Below are positions 60,979-64,000 of a DNA stretch of 64,000 bases, one piece after another. Made by a program: the position numbers and the translations under genes. Where the stretch lies: the NCBI GenBank assembly GCA_041671645.1, contig JBAZBD010000001.1, positions 799,234-863,233 on the forward strand, read 5' to 3'. This DNA comes from Patescibacteria group bacterium. Lineage in GTDB: Bacteria > Patescibacteriota > UBA1384 > XYA2-FULL-43-10 > 1-14-0-10-43-13. How positions within the stretch are numbered: the first letter of the stretch is position 1; each line of letters starts with the position of its first letter. The notes under the pieces were generated by a model. That model did not search any database and was not told where the DNA came from. It saw nothing but the letters and a program-made list of their open reading frames with translations.

Positions 60979-61350
60979 TTGAGGAATATGCTTTTACTTC
61001 GTTGGATCTTAAATACTTTGGTTCTTTTGCTAGTTAGCTACCTTGTGCCTGGTGTAAAATTTTCAGGGTTTTGGGCCGCTTTGATCACTGCACTAGTCTT
61101 AGGTTTACTGAACGCTCTAGTAAGACCGCTGATCATCTTACTCACCTTGCCTGTCAATTTCCTGACCCTTGGTTTCTTCACTTTGGTCATCAACGCTCTC
61201 ATGTTCTGGCTCGCCAGCACCATCGTCAAAGGATTTGATATCGCAGGATTCTGGCCCGCTTTCATCGGCGCTTTGGTCTATTCGATCATCATCATGATCA
61301 TAAATATGATGACACTCAAACAACCGCCTAAGCAAACGATCAAAAAATAG
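60979..61350 (+). CDS. DUF360 / phage-holin-family-4-like small membrane protein
   Basis: 123 aa, 4 TM. Pattern GxxxAL.TALVLGLLNALVRPL…LTLGFFTLVINALMFWLAS is typical of Phage_holin_4_2-family proteins, which are widespread as chromosomal genes. Confidence 0.5.
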   Translation: MRNMLLLRWILNTLVLLLVSYLVPGVKFSGFWAALITALVLGLLNALVRPLIILLTLPVNFLTLGFFTLVINALMFWLASTIVKGFDIAGFWPAFIGALVYSIIIMIINMMTLKQPPKQTIKK

Positions 61351-61434
61351 TTCTGATCTATTTTCACCTGATATCAAAACATTGCTTTCAGAGTTGATTT
61401 TTTGTTGGAAATTATGTATTATAACAGCTAATGT

Positions 61435-61509
61435 GGGCTGTTAGCTCAATGGTAGAGCAGTGGCCTTTTAAGCCATTGGTTCTGGGTTCGAGTCCCAGGC
61501 GGCCCACCA
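61435..61509 (+). tRNA. tRNA-Lys (anticodon TTT)
   Basis: GGGCTGTTAGCTCAATGGTAGAGCAGTGGCCTTTTAAGCCATTGGTTCTGGGTTCGAGTCCCAGGCGGCCCACCA. Anticodon loop CTTTTAA. CCA encoded. Confidence 0.8.
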
Positions 61510-61515
61510 AAAAAA

Positions 61516-61542
61516 GTTTCTGATTCGTCAGAGACTTTTTTT
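61516..61542 (+). terminator. Terminator hairpin after tRNA-Lys (GTTTCTGA-ttcg-TCAGAGAC followed by TTTTTTT)
   Basis: 8-bp stem with one G·U pair, followed by a T-run. Confidence 0.6.
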
Positions 61543-61543
61543 A

Positions 61544-61572
61544 TTGACCAAATCAATCAATAATGATATAGT
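61544..61572 (+). promoter_or_regulatory. Candidate sigma70 promoter TTGACC, 17-nt spacer, TATAGT
   Basis: Good hexamers and spacing. Followed by an ~80-nt leader with a small hairpin (CACGC-tggaa-GCGTG) and a GGAGG RBS before the CDS at 61650. Confidence 0.5.
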
Positions 61573-61649
61573 TCTATACATCTTAAAGCTTTCAAAGAAA
61601 GCCTTGGGAAGCACGCTGGAATGCGTGACACTACTCCGGAGGGTCTCAA

Positions 61650-62240
61650 ATGACCACATTATCAGTAGCACAAGTTGCAGAAACAGGTGCCCTTGAAGCT
61701 GGCGTAATTTATAATTATGCGACCAGCGCCGCTATCAAAGCGGCTCGACTACGACTTGCTAACATGCGCGATCAGTTGGCAGGAATTATCGCTGAAACAG
61801 ATTTGTCCGATACCGCACATGGTGATGTTGACGCAGGTGTCGTGAATGATGCGATACAGTGCGGCGCCCTTTTGACAGCGATCGACAATCTTGACTTTGA
61901 GATTAGCAATCCGAATCTCATAATAGTCGACTGGATGGACCACGGGCCAGAACCCAAGGTTGTCCCCGGGACGGAAATCACCGCCCTTTTGGATGGAGAA
62001 GAAAAGTCCTGGATATTCCTGGATTCGCTGGACTTGACGTACGGAGAGCATTCGCCAGAGATTACCAGCCGATTAATTACAATTAGTAGCACCATCGGCG
62101 AAGCGATCTTCGGCAGTTCAGCCGAAGATGAGATTACCATTCTGAAGCCCATCAGAGGGCAAAGGAACAGAAAGGTGAAAATCCTTTCAATCGAACCGTG
62201 GCCACCCCGAGCCACAAAAAAACGCAGTAACAAAGATTAA
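61650..62240 (+). CDS. GreA/GreB-family-like protein (FKBP-like C-terminal domain) with a divergent N-terminal region
   Basis: C-terminal …ITISSTIGEAIFGSSAEDEITI…RGQRNRKVKILSIE resembles the GreA/Rnk C-terminal domain. The N-terminus is predicted helical but is not the canonical Gre coiled-coil. Confidence 0.4.
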   Translation: MTTLSVAQVAETGALEAGVIYNYATSAAIKAARLRLANMRDQLAGIIAETDLSDTAHGDVDAGVVNDAIQCGALLTAIDNLDFEISNPNLIIVDWMDHGPEPKVVPGTEITALLDGEEKSWIFLDSLDLTYGEHSPEITSRLITISSTIGEAIFGSSAEDEITILKPIRGQRNRKVKILSIEPWPPRATKKRSNKD

Positions 62241-62270
62241 CTGCTTCCCCAAATAGTTCGTATTTAGCCC

Positions 62271-62304
62271 GGCACCGTCCCCAAGACGGTGCCTCGCTTT
62301 TTTT
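62271..62304 (+). terminator. Rho-independent terminator (GGCACCGTC-cccaa-GACGGTGCC followed by TCGCTTTTTTT)
   Basis: 9-bp GC stem followed by a T-run, 30 nt after the stop at 62240. Confidence 0.75.
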
Positions 62305-62387
62305 GTATAGCTCAATTCGCTTCGGAGGACACTTCGACACGACTGACCGATCTGTCGACTCGTCTACAAGGAGCTAATCATTTCTTT

Positions 62388-62413
62388 AAACGCCTCACAT
62401 ATGTGAGGCGTTT
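62388..62413. terminator. Perfect palindromic hairpin AAACGCCTCACAT/ATGTGAGGCGTTT, at the 3' end of the cohesin-like gene
   Basis: 26-nt perfect inverted repeat. Differs from the 3688..3713 copy only by a compensatory A/G:T/C pair change. Confidence 0.5.
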
Positions 62414-62450
62414 AACACAGTGCCCGTATCGGATAGAGAACGAAATAATG

Positions 62451-63812
62451 TTAGTTGAAATGGTTAATATCGTTGTTATTGTCCACGACAGGATTCTCTG
62501 TTTCTGGAGTCGGAGTCGAAATTGGAGGTGCAGTTGAGGTAAAGGTGGAAATTGGGGTAGCTGTGATTGTAGCAGGGGTGGATCCTTGAGCGCGGCCTGT
62601 CATTTTCAGATCTATTTTTCTGTTTCGATAGAGAAAGAATCCCAGCAATAGCAATCCGAGTAAAAGAGCGACGCTGCTCCAAAACCAAGGGTTCTGAAGT
62701 AATCCGGAAGACCAATCATTCTGAATCACGATTGGAGTTGCATAGGCTTTCTCTGGATCGACCTGAAAGGTAAGTTCGTCTGCCGCTTTGGTCGTCTCTG
62801 TCGCTGTAGTAGAGAGTGCATATGCTTTATGGACGCCCGCTTCTATGCCGTCGCTGACTGTGATACTCCATTTGCCCTCTGCATCGGTTGTGACAGATTT
62901 TGTGATCAGTGTGCTAAAGACATAGACTGTCACAAGAGAGTTCGGCTTGGATATACCCTTAAAGGTTAGATTGGTTAGAGATTTTTTGTCTTGAATGTTG
63001 GCGACAACTGCTTGGTCAGAATTTAATAATATTGTGGTTTCTGAACTAGCGCTAATCTTTTTGATTTCTTTTTGAAATTTCTTCTCGCTATCTGGCATTG
63101 TCGGCGCGACTAGTACGGGCGCCTCTGCTGTAGCTGGAACTGGCGTCTCTGTCATGACGGCTGGTGTCTCTGCTGTCGCGGCGGGTGTCGTAGCAGCAGG
63201 GGTAGCAGTTGTGGCAGAGCTTGGAGTGGTGGTCTTTTTGGTTGTGCTTGGAGTTGTGGGTGTAGTATCGGCTGGGTTGGTAGCTGGGACATCTGGTGTT
63301 GTCGGAGTATCTGGTATCGGGTCTGGGATGACTGGTGCTGCCGCTATGGTGTAGCTACCTCCTGAGACAGAAGACAAAATATTGGCTGGTTCATCGCCTG
63401 AGCTGACGACTTGGCCACCCGACAAGGAAATTGTGGCTGTGCCGGCATTCGTGCCTTTGACTACCAAAGTGTAAACGGTAATGGTACCAACACCATCACC
63501 AGTCGAACCACAGCTGAAACTTAGCGATGGGGTGCTTGGGTCGGTAGTACACATAGAAACGGAGCCTTTGGTCAGGCTCACCACGGTCAAGTTGCTGACT
63601 GATACGCTTGCCTTGTAAACCGACATATTTTGGCCGCCGCCATCTGCAACGATACCAACTGAAAATTCCTCGCCGACAGTATGGCTACCTGTTGCTGAGC
63701 TCACCGAAATTGTGGCTGTGTTTGCTGCCCGTATAGGGGTAATTGCTCCAAAGATAGCAACTATCGCTGAGATAGTGACAATAGCACTAGTTTTTTGTAT
63801 TACGTTGAACAT
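62451..63812 (-). CDS. C-terminally membrane-anchored surface protein with an N-terminal cohesin-like domain, Pro/Thr-rich linker and an Ig/CarboxypepD_reg-like domain
   Basis: Signal peptide. A ~130-aa β-sandwich (ISVSSATGSHTVGEEFSVGIVADG…TGDGVGTITVYTLVVKGTNAGTATISLSGGQVV) fits the cohesin pattern. Then a PT-rich linker, a TM helix (WFWSSVALLLGLLLLGFFLY) and a cytoplasmic tail. ATG at 63812 with a GGGAG RBS; the ORF track starts at a GTG two codons upstream. Confidence 0.5.
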   Translation of the reverse strand: MFNVIQKTSAIVTISAIVAIFGAITPIRAANTATISVSSATGSHTVGEEFSVGIVADGGGQNMSVYKASVSVSNLTVVSLTKGSVSMCTTDPSTPSLSFSCGSTGDGVGTITVYTLVVKGTNAGTATISLSGGQVVSSGDEPANILSSVSGGSYTIAAAPVIPDPIPDTPTTPDVPATNPADTTPTTPSTTKKTTTPSSATTATPAATTPAATAETPAVMTETPVPATAEAPVLVAPTMPDSEKKFQKEIKKISASSETTILLNSDQAVVANIQDKKSLTNLTFKGISKPNSLVTVYVFSTLITKSVTTDAEGKWSITVSDGIEAGVHKAYALSTTATETTKAADELTFQVDPEKAYATPIVIQNDWSSGLLQNPWFWSSVALLLGLLLLGFFLYRNRKIDLKMTGRAQGSTPATITATPISTFTSTAPPISTPTPETENPVVDNNNDINHFN

Positions 63813-63826
63813 ATCCACTCCCTAAA

Positions 63827-64000
63827 TTATTTATTCCAGTTTGTAAGTAAGGTCGCAAAGTCTAGTTCATCCACAACCCTATCTCTATTGTAGTCAGCCA
63901 TTACATTCTTTGGTGCACCCCAGTTTCCAAGCATACTAGCAAAGTCAAGCTCATCGATGGCGCCATCATTATTTATATCGCCACTTTTGTGGATGATGAG
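63827..64000 (-). CDS. C-terminal end of a dockerin-containing protein (partial; the gene continues beyond the window)
   Basis: Translated C-terminus …GDINNDGAIDELDFASMLGNWGAPKNVMADYNRDRVVDELDFATLLTNWNK*. Two calcium-binding loops, each followed by a helix, form a canonical type-I-like dockerin. Confidence 0.6.
   Translation of the reverse strand, partial: LIIHKSGDINNDGAIDELDFASMLGNWGAPKNVMADYNRDRVVDELDFATLLTNWNK

Overview
This 64-kb window looks like a compact, moderately AT-rich bacterial chromosome segment with many traits of small-genome Patescibacteria (CPR)-type organisms. It uses the standard genetic code: TGA serves as a stop codon inside several ATGA stop/start overlaps. Genes are densely packed, with many 1–8-nt overlaps and GC-rich hairpin terminators.

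Core housekeeping genes are present: trpS, eno, gpmI, tsaE-tsaB, queH, ruvB, ruvA, ruvC (separated from ruvAB by a sugar cluster), yebC, grpE, dnaK and a short dnaJ. There are five tRNA genes: Pro-TGG, Thr-CGT, Gly-CCC, Asp-GTC and Lys-TTT.

About 31% of the window (7390..27273, minus strand) is a single 6627-aa membrane-anchored multi-domain surface protein with extensive internal repeats. Downstream in the same orientation sit a secreted FN3-like protein, a tiny membrane protein and a fused MacB/FtsX-type ABC transporter. Immediately upstream is a four-gene glycosylation module, which I read as a candidate protein O-glycosylation system for the giant protein: a DPM1-like GT2, a PMT/ArnT-like GT-C, a processive QxxRW-type GT2 and a GtrA-like small membrane protein.

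Other notable items:
- A C-terminal dockerin (on a protein that runs off the window edge) lies directly next to a cohesin-like, C-terminally anchored surface protein.
- comEC is split into channel and MBL-domain ORFs.
- The tRNA-Asp locus is scarred by duplicated tRNA fragments and carries an overlapping GIY-YIG gene.
- A family of near-identical palindromic terminator hairpins shows a compensatory base change.
- Identical 27-bp terminators flank an orphan 554-aa gene.
- A perfect 10-4-10 palindrome that is not CIRCE overlaps the dnaK promoter.
- A cluster of GalT-like, HAD-IIB phosphatase and two GT4 genes sits between ruvC and ruvAB.

No CRISPR array, rRNA, transposase or integrase gene was seen.
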